DNA of 64,000 nucleotides from Escherichia coli (GTDB lineage Bacteria; Pseudomonadota; Gammaproteobacteria; Enterobacterales; Enterobacteriaceae): NCBI RefSeq assembly GCF_044324875.1, contig NZ_CP172185.1; one strand, 5' to 3'. Shown piece by piece: positions 46,221 to 59,597 of this stretch (position 1 is its first letter; each line of letters starts with the position of its first letter). The notes under the pieces were generated by a model. It saw only the letters and a program-made list of their open reading frames with translations, ran no database searches and was not told where the DNA came from. The position numbers and the translations under genes were made by a program.

Positions 46221-48743
46221 TTATGCCGGTAACTCCGGGGGTAATGCTTCTTCCAGTCGGTTAACCATATTGCCGAGATGGGATGCATCATATTCCATGA
46301 CGGGGCGTTGCCTGATGATACTGACCACCAGTGGTTTGATTAACATATTGGTCGCGGCCCGTTGTTGTATACCGGCGGCGAAAATGATCTCCAGAGCATT
46401 CTGATCGATAACACGGGCCAGATTCTCGTTCAGATTTTCAATCTCATGTCCGGTCAGCAGGAAACTGCCGGCAAGCCATGTCACCTGCTCCTGAATCATT
46501 GCCAGAATTTTGACGCGATCTTCTTCAACCAGCGCTCCGGCAATTTTTCCTGATACAGCGGAGGCAATCATTCCCCCCAGAACACCGCCAACCACACGCC
46601 CTGTCAGTGCACCAAATGGTCCCAGTGGACTGAACAGTATTCCGCCCGCCACTGACCCGACAGCACCACCTGCCACACCGGAAGATGCCACGGCAAGATT
46701 CCTGATGAACTGCGTACCGGAGATCCGTCCCCGCAACATTTTGATCATGTCAGGGCCGGTTGTGACAGCTACCAGTGCCAGAGATGTCACCAGCGTACCC
46801 TTCATCACTTTGTTCAGGGCACTGATATTTCCTGCACCGGTCCCCTTCTGAAGAGCCAGTCGGACAGTCGGGCTGGCAGTCGAAAAATCAATGTGCTTCA
46901 GCATACCCTGAACAACACTGAGCCGGTGGAGTTGCTGGGTTGTGACGTAGACAGCCAGTGTGCGGGTGAAGGTTTTTCCTGCCTGGACAGCAGCTGTCTG
47001 CAGGGCAGCATCGCGATCGCCGGTGCTGAGCCAGAAGACCGATGCCGTCAGGGCAAAACTGATCCCTCCGGCCGCCAGACTGACAACCGAACCCTCGGCA
47101 ATATCATAAGTGACCGATTCGATGGTCCCGAACCGGGTGATATTACGGGCCTGAGTATAAGTCAGATGTCCCCGACGAATCAGCCGGGATGCTTCTGCGG
47201 GATCGGTTACACCGGGTACTTTACCTTCGCGGATCTTATTCCTCATGGTTTCAACAGCGCCGGCATACTGATCACGGGGGACTTCCAGTTGCATGGGGCC
47301 ATTATTTCCCATGTAACGATACTGTCCGTTTTGTCCGTCGAATGCCGCACCGACGCTACGGGCTGCAGTTGAACAATATTTCGTCTGGATTTCTGTTCCG
47401 CTGACCAGTCTGTCTGCTCCATTTCTGGCATTATTATCACCGAGGATCCGTGCGTTTTTCAGACGGACTCTGTCGACAATATGGTTTCCCCGTTCAGCGG
47501 CAAACCCATGTCCCTGCCCTCCGGAAGCAAACATTTTCTCATTTGTACTCCAGGTTTCCGGCAGTTTCATGAGAATCAGACCATTCGCCGTTGCATCGGA
47601 AATAAAGCTGTTGTAAGGGCGTTCATAAATTTCCTGACACAGTGTTTCTGTTTCGCGACAAAGAGAGGAGCAGTACCATTCCGGATCCGGCTTATGATTT
47701 TCCGGGGCATGATGTACTTCTGTCAGCCCGCAGGAGGCACAGATACGAAGCTCATCCACGTGATGGAATGATACAAAACGGCGACCTTCTGAAAAGGGAT
47801 ACCAGTCACCGCCGTCCAGGCAACGATCGAGAAAATCGTCATTCGCTTCCGGTGATAAATTCAGGCGGTTCCGGAAGAGCGTTTTCAGTTCATCAGGTGT
47901 GAATGACAGGTTCTCTTTCAACTGTTCGTTAAACCCTGCCATGTTTCTTTCATACCAGGCATTGTTCAGTAACCAGTTTCCGTCTGCCAGTTCAAATTCC
48001 CTCAGCTCTCCCCGGGAAATCCGTTGAGAAATGAGCGTCAGCCAGATGCGCTCCGTCAGTGAGTCAGGAAGGCTGTAATCGTTTTGCAAACTGGTCAGCC
48101 ACGATTTACTGTTGAGCACCGGTTGTTCTTCCAGTGTCTGGCTGATGGCACAGGTCAGTTTTTTCAGCGCCTGGATTTGGCTGGCCGCCCATAGCAGCGT
48201 CACTAATGCAGCCAGCCAGTACAACAACCCGCCCCACCACATCAGTGACGGTGAAATATCGTACTGTAACGCGATCAATGGTGCGCATGCAGAACACGCC
48301 ATAAGGAAAAAGGCAGTATAAAAACAGCAGTAATACCCGTTAATTTCCTTGCTGATATCTTCTGGTGTGATCCCGTTCTGCTGAATGTTTTTGATCTGCA
48401 GGGGAACAGCCAGCAGACCACCGGCGAGAGCGGTGGTCAGAATAAATTTCACAGAGTCAAAGGTGTGAGCCTCCAGCGCGATATGTTTACCATCAAGTCC
48501 CCACATGAAGCTGATGATCATTCCGGCAATCGTCAGAAATACGCCTGCCAGCCAGCGAATATGGAACAACCGGGTTATGCGTTCGGTGATATAGCCAGCC
48601 AGTAAGGCCGGGCCGAACAGACACAGCAATATGAGCCCTGCCAGCGCAGAAGCCGTGCTGATTAATGCTCTGAACAAAAGGCGAAGAATGGCAAATCCTG
48701 CGATCAGCAGGATCAGCGCGCCGACTATCTGTAACATAGTCAC
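46221..48743 (-). CDS. Full-length YeeR-like inner-membrane protein, 840 aa
   Basis: The N-terminal TM bundle (MLQIVGALILLIAGFAILRLLFRALISTASALAGLILLCLFGPALLAGY) matches remembered K-12 YeeR. A Cys4 motif CASCGLTEVHHAPENHKPDPEWYCSSLC is present. The C-terminal region is Gly-rich and membrane-associated. Confidence 0.8.
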   Translation of the reverse strand: MTMLQIVGALILLIAGFAILRLLFRALISTASALAGLILLCLFGPALLAGYITERITRLFHIRWLAGVFLTIAGMIISFMWGLDGKHIALEAHTFDSVKFILTTALAGGLLAVPLQIKNIQQNGITPEDISKEINGYYCCFYTAFFLMACSACAPLIALQYDISPSLMWWGGLLYWLAALVTLLWAASQIQALKKLTCAISQTLEEQPVLNSKSWLTSLQNDYSLPDSLTERIWLTLISQRISRGELREFELADGNWLLNNAWYERNMAGFNEQLKENLSFTPDELKTLFRNRLNLSPEANDDFLDRCLDGGDWYPFSEGRRFVSFHHVDELRICASCGLTEVHHAPENHKPDPEWYCSSLCRETETLCQEIYERPYNSFISDATANGLILMKLPETWSTNEKMFASGGQGHGFAAERGNHIVDRVRLKNARILGDNNARNGADRLVSGTEIQTKYCSTAARSVGAAFDGQNGQYRYMGNNGPMQLEVPRDQYAGAVETMRNKIREGKVPGVTDPAEASRLIRRGHLTYTQARNITRFGTIESVTYDIAEGSVVSLAAGGISFALTASVFWLSTGDRDAALQTAAVQAGKTFTRTLAVYVTTQQLHRLSVVQGMLKHIDFSTASPTVRLALQKGTGAGNISALNKVMKGTLVTSLALVAVTTGPDMIKMLRGRISGTQFIRNLAVASSGVAGGAVGSVAGGILFSPLGPFGALTGRVVGGVLGGMIASAVSGKIAGALVEEDRVKILAMIQEQVTWLAGSFLLTGHEIENLNENLARVIDQNALEIIFAAGIQQRAATNMLIKPLVVSIIRQRPVMEYDASHLGNMVNRLEEALPPELPA

Positions 48744-48857
48744 TCCGTGATGAATATCATGTTATTGTTAATGCCAGCGAATGTGGCGTTGAATATCCGT
48801 TGCGCCGGTCCGGGTCCCGATCATGATGACCGGGACCACAGAGAGGCGATGGTTCTG

Positions 48858-52239
<3,382 letters not shown>

Positions 52240-52398
52240 CCACTACAAAACAGCATGGTCAGATAAAGTGGTTTTTCCCGGACATAAATGTTTCCCCTCT
52301 CTCATCCGCCAGAGAAGCATCAGTCCGTTGTGTGCAATTCCGTTCTGCATGATGAAGAGATTCAGCTGCCTTTTCGCAGACCATTAACCACTATAAAC

Positions 52399-52468
52399 GA
52401 TCGATAGTAACGATCGATACCTGTTTTATCGATCGTTTTATTCTATTAACGGCAGGGAAGTCACGCAA
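52399..52468 (-). promoter_or_regulatory. flu (agn43) promoter and Dam/OxyR phase-variation switch
   Basis: Three GATC sites lie at 52399, 52412 and 52431 within AAACGATCGATAGTAACGATCGATACCTGTTTTATCGATCG. On the minus strand a -10 TAGAAT (52445..52440) and a -35 TTGCGT (52468..52463) are spaced 17 bp apart, immediately upstream of the GATC cluster. Confidence 0.75.
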
Positions 52469-52487
52469 GAGAAAGAGGTGGGTATGA

Positions 52488-52498
52488 GGGGGGGGGGG
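52488..52498. repeat. Homopolymeric G11 tract
   Basis: Eleven consecutive G bases lie about 20 bp upstream of the flu -35 element and 55 bp downstream of the GTPase gene stop. Confidence 0.9.
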
Positions 52499-52553
52499 TC
52501 ATGTTTTCAGTTGGTTAACGCAATGTAATCAGGCATTTCCCCTGGCAGAGTGT

Positions 52554-53426
52554 TCAGAAGAAAATCCAGTTCCATACAGCGCGGGCAACAGAGACCACCG
52601 AGTCACGGACGGCACGCAGAACCGTGCGTGCAACAGAGGCAATACAGACGCTCTCCGCCGTGTCAAATATCCGGTCCACCGCACCGGTAAACTGTTCACG
52701 GGCCTGAGACCGGACAGATTCCGTGCGCAGCTCGTCCTGCAGGCGGGTCATCAGGGGACTGGCGGCATGGTCGGGAAGCGCTGTCATGAGCGCACTGACC
52801 AGCGTATCCAGTTCCCAGCCGGTGCGGGCCGATACGGCCACAACCGGATGTACGGGCCGGAACAGACGGAATACCGCCTCCGTTTTTTCGCGAATATTCT
52901 GTGCCTGTGCGGGAGAAGGCTGAATACCGGCCATATCCCATTCATGGCAGGGCTCCGTTTTGTCGGCCTGCGTCACCACAAACAGCACCTGCTGATGTCC
53001 CCGGTGCAGGATGTGTCGCCAGAAATACTCATCCACAGACAGGGCGCGGTCATCGGCTTTAATCAGCCACAGCACCAGGTCCAGTTCGGGCAGAATGTCA
53101 CGGTACAGGGCTTCATACTCTGCATCCCTGTCCCGGCTCTCGCCCACCCCGGGCAGGTCAGTGATAACCATGCTGTGACCGTGGCCACTCAGACGGAAGC
53201 GCCGCACTTCCCGGGTGCCGGCGTGAACATCACTGACCGGGGTGACCTCCCCCTGAAACAGTGCATTACAGAGTGAGGATTTACCGGCCCCGCTTTTACC
53301 CATAATGCCAATCACGGGTTCGTGACTGGTGAGTTTGCGCAGATGTTCCAGGATGTGACGGGAAAGTGAGTAAGGCAGGGAGGAGAGCGGTTTTTCAATT
53401 GCCTCAATGGCATCAGACGGATTCAT
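52554..53426 (-). CDS. YeeP/YfjP/YkfA-family GTPase (intact, 290 aa)
   Basis: MNPSDAIEAIEKPLSSLPYSLSRHILEHLRKLTSHEPVIGIMGKSGAGKSSLCNALF contains the P-loop GKSGAGKS. A DLPG motif is also present. Confidence 0.85.
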   Translation of the reverse strand: MNPSDAIEAIEKPLSSLPYSLSRHILEHLRKLTSHEPVIGIMGKSGAGKSSLCNALFQGEVTPVSDVHAGTREVRRFRLSGHGHSMVITDLPGVGESRDRDAEYEALYRDILPELDLVLWLIKADDRALSVDEYFWRHILHRGHQQVLFVVTQADKTEPCHEWDMAGIQPSPAQAQNIREKTEAVFRLFRPVHPVVAVSARTGWELDTLVSALMTALPDHAASPLMTRLQDELRTESVRSQAREQFTGAVDRIFDTAESVCIASVARTVLRAVRDSVVSVARAVWNWIFF

Positions 53427-54656
53427 ACATGTATTCCCGGTGAAAAAAGACAAAACCCCGCGCACCGGAAAGGTGGCGGGGGATTCACGGAGATAATATC
53501 TGTCTGAAATTGTTTTGAATCGATGGGATTGTTGCGTATTAACATGAAGGAGATCAGGACTTATCCGTTACTGGGTGATCTCCTTCCATGAAAATACGCC
53601 GTTATTGTTAAACAGCAGGCTGATTTCTCCGTAAAGGGGAAAATATTTATCGGCTGTATGATTATCAGGTGTGTCTGTGTTTACTGCTGTGAGTATTTTT
53701 TAGTGTATTGTGGGGGAGATGTCAGTGGGAGATATTAAATTTACGTTTATAATTATCTTACTTCTTCTGTGTGTTTTTTATAAGAGTGCACACGTAATGA
53801 TATCTGTTGATACCATGTGGTTAAGTGTTTCCCTTCCTGGTCATGCGTAATGATTAAATGCTTTTGTGACACCATTCTTCCGGTCTGAATATTTATCCCG
53901 TTCTTTTTTATTTGTGCAGTGATACTGTCGGAAGAGAATTCAGTAATGTGAGGTGTCCTGGTCAGGATAATATCTGCTGAGATATTATTAGTTGAGGGTG
54001 TTTTTACTGAGCAAAAGCTGGCTTTTAATTCCTGTACTGAAACACTGTCGCTCGTCCGGGGTTAACTGAAACTGGATGATGATGTAAAATGAAGGCTGTT
54101 TTTGTGTTTGTCGAAGAAGTGTTATTTTAATCCATTCTCATCATTGGCTGGCGATTATACAGAAGTATTTGAAGAAAAAATGGTGCATTTTATCTGTGTC
54201 AGCAGGGAAGAAGTATTTTATTGATGTATCAGTATTAAATGGTTTTTGTTATTTATAAAAATGTCATCCTGTCCATAGAATATTGTACTCAGCATTCAGT
54301 GCAGGAACTGTAGTCTTCTTTATTTTATTCTTCTTCAGGAGGGGGGTGATTCCTGAAGGCGTTATTCCCGGTGTTCTGTTTATGATTCTTCCCGGCAGGA
54401 AACCGGTATCTGCAATACCCGGGATGATGCTTTTTGTTCGTACGTGGTTGTGTAAAATTTGAATAGTGGATGTGCTCCGAAGGGAAGGAGGGGACACACA
54501 GATTCATTTTGTCTTTCTTCAGCAGCAAAATACACTGTGGTTATTATTTAACCATTAAATCAACAAAAATTTTTACCTCATATTGATTTGACTGCTATTT
54601 TTGCTATTAATAGCCAGAATTGCAGTGCTTTTATATCTGTGTATAGTGAGGTTACT

Positions 54657-56141
54657 ATGTCATTCGGTCAGCCTTGTGATGAGTTTCCCCTGAGTTCGCT
54701 GCCTCCACTCATTCGTGATGCCGTTATTGAAGCTCAGCAAATTACGCAGGCTCCCCTTGGGCTTGTGGCAGCGTCTGCCCTGGGCGCTGTTTCACTTGTC
54801 TGCCAGAATCTGATTGATGTCTGCAGACTGAATACACTGCGGGGGCCGGTCTCTCTTTTTTTCCTGACGCTTGCCGAGTCCGGAGAACGAAAAACCGCAG
54901 TGGACAAATTATTAATGAAGCCCCTGTACCAGCAGGAGATGCAGTTATATTCCAGATACAAAAGTGAACTGGCTGTCTGGAAAAACAAGGAAGAGCTTTT
55001 AAAGGCTCAGAAAAAAGCATTGTTGTCAAAACTGAATAAAGAACTCCGCAAAGGCGCGGATGAGTCAGAAACCCTCAGACAACTGGAAGTACTTCAGAAA
55101 AACAGTGCGGAAGAACCTGTGAGGTATAAATTCATTTTTAATGATGCCACGACTGCGGCAATTAAGAATCAGCTTTGTGGTAAATGGCGTTCAGTTGGTA
55201 TTATGTCAGATGAAGCCGGTATTATATTTGATGGATATACCCTGTCTGAGTTGCCTTTTATTAACAAAATGTGGGATGGCTCTGTATTGTCTGTGGACAG
55301 AAAGAATGAACCCGAACAGATGATTGAAAATGCCAGAATGACGTTATCCCTCATGGTGCAACCCGGTCTTTTTGACCGATATATGGAGCGAAAAGGTTCT
55401 GTTGCCAGGGACAGTGGTTTTCTTGCCCGTTGTCTTATCAGTAAACCTGCAACCACGCAGGGGAAACGCTTTATTAACGGAGCTGTGATTCCGGGAGGAT
55501 CATTAACGGCATTTCATGAACGATTAATGGAACTGGCCAGAGGCAGTATTGAAAAATCCAGTGAGGATGAACGGTATTGTCTGCATTTTTCGCCTGAAGC
55601 GCAAAAAATATTTATTGAGCACTATAATGTTCTGGAGCAGGATTTATCCCCTTCCGGACCCTTAAGCCCGTTTCGGGGACATGTTTCAAAAAAAACAGAA
55701 AACATTGCAAGAATTGCAGCGTTATTTCAGTATTTCAGCTATGGTGAAGGGAAAATCTCTGCCGATATCATGACGTCTGCTGTCGTAATAAGTTCGTGGT
55801 ACACAGATGAATATAAAAAATTATTTGCGTTACCTGATGAATCTGAACTGCAGCAGAAGGACGCCGAGGAGCTGTTCGACTGGCTCATTGAGGAGTGCCG
55901 CGGAGAATGCCCGCCCCGTGTCAGGAAAAATTATATTCTCCAGTGTGGCCCGGGCCGGTTCAGAAACAGGAAAAAACTGAACGCATTGCTGAACATTCTT
56001 GAATCTCAGTTCAGGCTTTCTGTCGTGCCGGAAGGAAAAACCATGTATGTTCTGCTTCCCCAGATAGCCAGTTTAAAGTTGTCTGATGTCTCTGGTATTT
56101 TTACCTCGGGTTATCACTACAATAAGCTGAGAGCGAAGTAA
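54657..56141 (+). CDS. DUF3987-type protein (YfjI-like)
   Basis: MSFGQPCDEFPLSSLPPLIRDAVIEAQQITQAPLGLVAASALGAVSLVCQ gives 494 aa from the ATG at 54657, with GAGG 5 nt upstream. Confidence 0.7.
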   Translation: MSFGQPCDEFPLSSLPPLIRDAVIEAQQITQAPLGLVAASALGAVSLVCQNLIDVCRLNTLRGPVSLFFLTLAESGERKTAVDKLLMKPLYQQEMQLYSRYKSELAVWKNKEELLKAQKKALLSKLNKELRKGADESETLRQLEVLQKNSAEEPVRYKFIFNDATTAAIKNQLCGKWRSVGIMSDEAGIIFDGYTLSELPFINKMWDGSVLSVDRKNEPEQMIENARMTLSLMVQPGLFDRYMERKGSVARDSGFLARCLISKPATTQGKRFINGAVIPGGSLTAFHERLMELARGSIEKSSEDERYCLHFSPEAQKIFIEHYNVLEQDLSPSGPLSPFRGHVSKKTENIARIAALFQYFSYGEGKISADIMTSAVVISSWYTDEYKKLFALPDESELQQKDAEELFDWLIEECRGECPPRVRKNYILQCGPGRFRNRKKLNALLNILESQFRLSVVPEGKTMYVLLPQIASLKLSDVSGIFTSGYHYNKLRAK

Positions 56142-56462
56142 CCGGTGAGCAGTTTTTCTCCATTATGCTTCAGACTTAGATGATTGATTATTATGGGGAT
56201 TTCATCACCGATATTCAGATGTATGAATATCGGTGATGAACTAAAGCTCAGGAGCTGCGTGGTGGTGATGAATCAACAGGCATATAACTGATACCCGCCG
56301 GTCAGAAGTTCCAGCCTGCGACTTTCCTGTCTGCGTGCCCGCAGTCCGGCGTTCAGGTGCAGCGTGTGACAGAACGCACGGAGAGCGAAACGGCAGGCAG
56401 ACAGGCCGTTCAGTCAGCCCTGGCACCCTGCCCGGATACCAGCTTCCCTGAAACAACTGGCA

Positions 56463-57071
56463 TCAGGTGCGCTTATCGTCAACCGTTGTGCGGTATGCCA
56501 GGAGCACGTACTGATCCATCAGATCCGTCAGTGCTGCGCTCTGCTTCTGACGGTTGATGATCCATTCCTCCAGCTCTTTTTCTGATTTCCGTTTCAGATT
56601 CTCCGTCCAGTCGTCAAGGCAGTTTCCGGTCATTAAATCAAGCCAGCAAAGCCAGACCAGTTTGAGGCGCAACTCCGTGCCACCAAACTGACGGAAGAGG
56701 CTGATCAGTTTATTTGCCAGCGAACGCTGCCTCAGACGTTCACATTCAGACAGGAGAATGCCTTCCAGCATCGGATGATGAACCAGCAGATGTTCACTGG
56801 TGCATAAATTCACTATCAGATCATCATCCAGGGGCGGCGTGGTCCGTTTGTCCGGACCATAAATCAGCCGGTGCAGACTCTGGGGTACGATGGCAATCTC
56901 CGGTTTTTCACCATTGAATGACACCCACCCGGGCGTCAGATTATGGAAGTAGTAGATATTCGGATGACACACGCCCCAGGATACGGCGTGCCGGGTGAAG
57001 CCGGTCAGCCATTTCTGGTAGCTTTCGTGGAGCAGCTCGTAACGGGTCTGATACTGTGGTTTCATTTTCAT
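56463..57071 (-). CDS. Hypothetical protein (202 aa) downstream of alpA
   Basis: MKMKPQYQTRYELLHESYQKWLTGFTRHAVSWGV starts at the ATG at 57071, preceded by GAGGAA. No family recognised. Confidence 0.6.
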   Translation of the reverse strand: MKMKPQYQTRYELLHESYQKWLTGFTRHAVSWGVCHPNIYYFHNLTPGWVSFNGEKPEIAIVPQSLHRLIYGPDKRTTPPLDDDLIVNLCTSEHLLVHHPMLEGILLSECERLRQRSLANKLISLFRQFGGTELRLKLVWLCWLDLMTGNCLDDWTENLKRKSEKELEEWIINRQKQSAALTDLMDQYVLLAYRTTVDDKRT

Positions 57072-57151
57072 ATTCCTCACGGGGGATAACAGGCAGCAGA
57101 ACGCCGCCGGCAGGCCGGAGACTGCGTCTGCTGCAGATGAACGGTTAAGAA

Positions 57152-57358
57152 TTACGGACGGGACTGTGCAATACGCGCCTGCAGCCAGGCTTCCACTTCG
57201 CTTTTCAGCCATCGGGAGCTGCGGCCCATTTTGATGGGCGCAGGAAAGTCACCATCCTTGATGAGTTTGTAAAACCACTTATCGGTCAGGCCGGTCAGTT
57301 GAGTGATAAATGCCATGTCGACCATCTGGTCATCCATCAGTGAAACTGGGGTGATCAT
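57152..57358 (-). CDS. alpA: AlpA-family (MerR-like HTH) prophage/island regulator
   Basis: MITPVSLMDDQMVDMAFITQLTGLTDKWFYKLIKDGDFPAPIKMGRSSRWLKSEVEAWL gives 68 aa. GGAGGA lies upstream of the ATG at 57358. Confidence 0.8.
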   Translation of the reverse strand: MITPVSLMDDQMVDMAFITQLTGLTDKWFYKLIKDGDFPAPIKMGRSSRWLKSEVEAWLQARIAQSRP

Positions 57359-58015
57359 GAGAATGTTCCTCCGGATGTTGTTAAACCAGCCGGTGTGGTC
57401 ATGAAAACAACGCACCACCTTCACCGGCATAACAACCGGGGAGAAACGTAAAAAATAATCGGGAATGTGACCGCCAGGAGATAAACGGGGAGGTTACGGT
57501 GGCTGAGCCGTACCGGTATGCCGGGTGGTTGTTACGAAACGATGCTTCCGCACGCGTGCGCGATAAAGAAGGGATGATTTTCGTGAGGAAGAGGGGAAAA
57601 CTGGCGTTCTGATAATTGCAGAGTTATTTACGGGGCGGTTACGATGGGGCAGACCGTGTCCGGTGGGCAGGCGACAGGTATCACCGATGGGATAAGACTG
57701 TCTGATTGGTATTATAAATATATAAGAGAGATCAAACACATGAGATCAAATACATGAGTTCATATATGTGAAATAAACACGGTGAGTGTGATCAGTGGGC
57801 ATGATGAGAACGCTGCAAAATGGCATCTGAATCGATCGCAGTTTGGCATTCGAATCGATCATGATTTGGCATCCATCTCCGATCACAGTTTGGCATCACA
57901 ATCGATCACGATTTGGCATGCTTCCGATCATTGATTGGCATCCTGCCAGTCACTCCGGGAATTAACTCTTTTCACCACAGTCTCCATTGCCGTGTTTAAA
58001 CCAGTGGAGACGTCA

Positions 58016-59581
58016 ATGTCCAGAAAGAGAAAATCCAGGAGCACTATGGAAACCTGTTTTAAGATCCTTCAGCTCAAGTTCGACAAGAAGCTGACTAACC
58101 GTTGTATCGGACTGACGTTACACATCAGCGCCTCAACCGTTTTTGAGGTTCTTGCCCGCTTCAAAGCCTCTTCTCTGTCATGGCCATTACCTGCTGATAT
58201 ATCCCATGACACGCTGGAGAAACTCATTTTTCCGCCCAAAGACACCTTTGCATCAGAGCTTGTAATGCCTGACATGTTGTACTTCGATACGGAAATGAGA
58301 AAACCAGGTGTGACGCGGCAACTGTTGTGGATGGAATACAAGGCACAGGCGGGTAACAAAGCGATGGGATACTCGCACTTCTGCCGTTGCTACCGGGAGT
58401 GGAAAAAAACGCGACGTCTCTCCATGCGCCAGGAGCATCGTGCCGGCGAAAAGCTTTTTATCGACTTCTGTGGTCCTACGGTTCCTGTTATTAATCCGGA
58501 CACCGGTGAGATACGCCGCGTGGCAATCTTCGTGGCCGTAATGGGGGCGTCCAACTATACCTACGTTGAAGCGTGCGAAGGTCAGGACATGATGTCATGG
58601 TTAAATGCCCACAGCCGTTGCCTGACCTTCCTGGGCGGCGTACCGAAGCTGCTCATCCCCGATAACCTCAGAAGCGCAGTGAAAAAGGCCGATCGATATG
58701 AGCCTGTCATCAACGACAGTTATCAGGCACTGGCTGAGCACTATGGCACGGTTATCATCCCGGCCCGACCACGCAAACCTAAAGATAAACCAAAAGCAGA
58801 AAACGGCGTCCTCATCGTTGAACGATGGCTTCTTGCCCGCATCCGTAATGAAACCTTCCACACGCTCAGGGCGCTGAATGCGCGCCTTAGGGAGTTACTG
58901 ACAGACATGAATAACCGGCCAATGAAGGGGTACGGCAATCAAACCCGTGCAGAACGCTTCCGCATACTGGATGCGCCAGCACTCTCTCCGCTGCCTCTGG
59001 CACCTTATGAATACACGGAATACAAAGCTGTGAAGGTTGGCCCTGACTACCACGTTGAATATGCCCGTCACTGGTACTCCGTTCCACACGAACTGGTCGG
59101 TCAGCGTCTGTCACTGAAGGCGGGGCAGTCGGTGGTACAGCTCTGGCACAAGGGGCAGTGTGTGGCGCAACATCCGCGCAGCACACATGAATATAAACAC
59201 ACAACCAATCCGCTTCACATGCCAGAGCGCCACCGGCAGCACGGGACATGGACACCGGAACGCCTGATCGAGCAGGGAAAACGTACGGGCCCGTCCACAG
59301 GCCGGGTGGTTGAATCCATGCTGAAGGCAAAACCCCATCCGGAACTGGCTTATCGTGCAGTTCTGGGGCTGCTGGCACTTCAGAAAAAATACGGCCCGGA
59401 ACGGCTGGAAAAGGCCTGTTACGTTGCCCTGCACTATAACGCCCCTGACAGACGCTTTATCGACAATCTGCTGCGTCACCATCGGGAGAACCTGGAGCTT
59501 CCATTATCCCGCCAGGGCGAACAACATCCGGCATATGCTTCAGAGCATGAAAACCTGCGTGGTCCGGGCTACTACCACTGA
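58016..59581 (+). CDS. istA: IS21-family transposase IstA
   Basis: The 521-aa ORF from the ATG at 58016 has an N-terminal HTH and a DDE region (LFIDFCGP...PDNLRSAV...PKDKPKAENGV). Confidence 0.88.
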   Translation: MSRKRKSRSTMETCFKILQLKFDKKLTNRCIGLTLHISASTVFEVLARFKASSLSWPLPADISHDTLEKLIFPPKDTFASELVMPDMLYFDTEMRKPGVTRQLLWMEYKAQAGNKAMGYSHFCRCYREWKKTRRLSMRQEHRAGEKLFIDFCGPTVPVINPDTGEIRRVAIFVAVMGASNYTYVEACEGQDMMSWLNAHSRCLTFLGGVPKLLIPDNLRSAVKKADRYEPVINDSYQALAEHYGTVIIPARPRKPKDKPKAENGVLIVERWLLARIRNETFHTLRALNARLRELLTDMNNRPMKGYGNQTRAERFRILDAPALSPLPLAPYEYTEYKAVKVGPDYHVEYARHWYSVPHELVGQRLSLKAGQSVVQLWHKGQCVAQHPRSTHEYKHTTNPLHMPERHRQHGTWTPERLIEQGKRTGPSTGRVVESMLKAKPHPELAYRAVLGLLALQKKYGPERLEKACYVALHYNAPDRRFIDNLLRHHRENLELPLSRQGEQHPAYASEHENLRGPGYYH

Positions 59582-59597
59582 CAGAAGGAACAACAGT

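Noticed and set aside
53768-53790. GTGTGTTTTTTATAAGAG in the island spacer, a possible sixth box.
   Set aside because: At least five mismatches to the MxiE-type or local consensus appear in any register, and no gene lies downstream.
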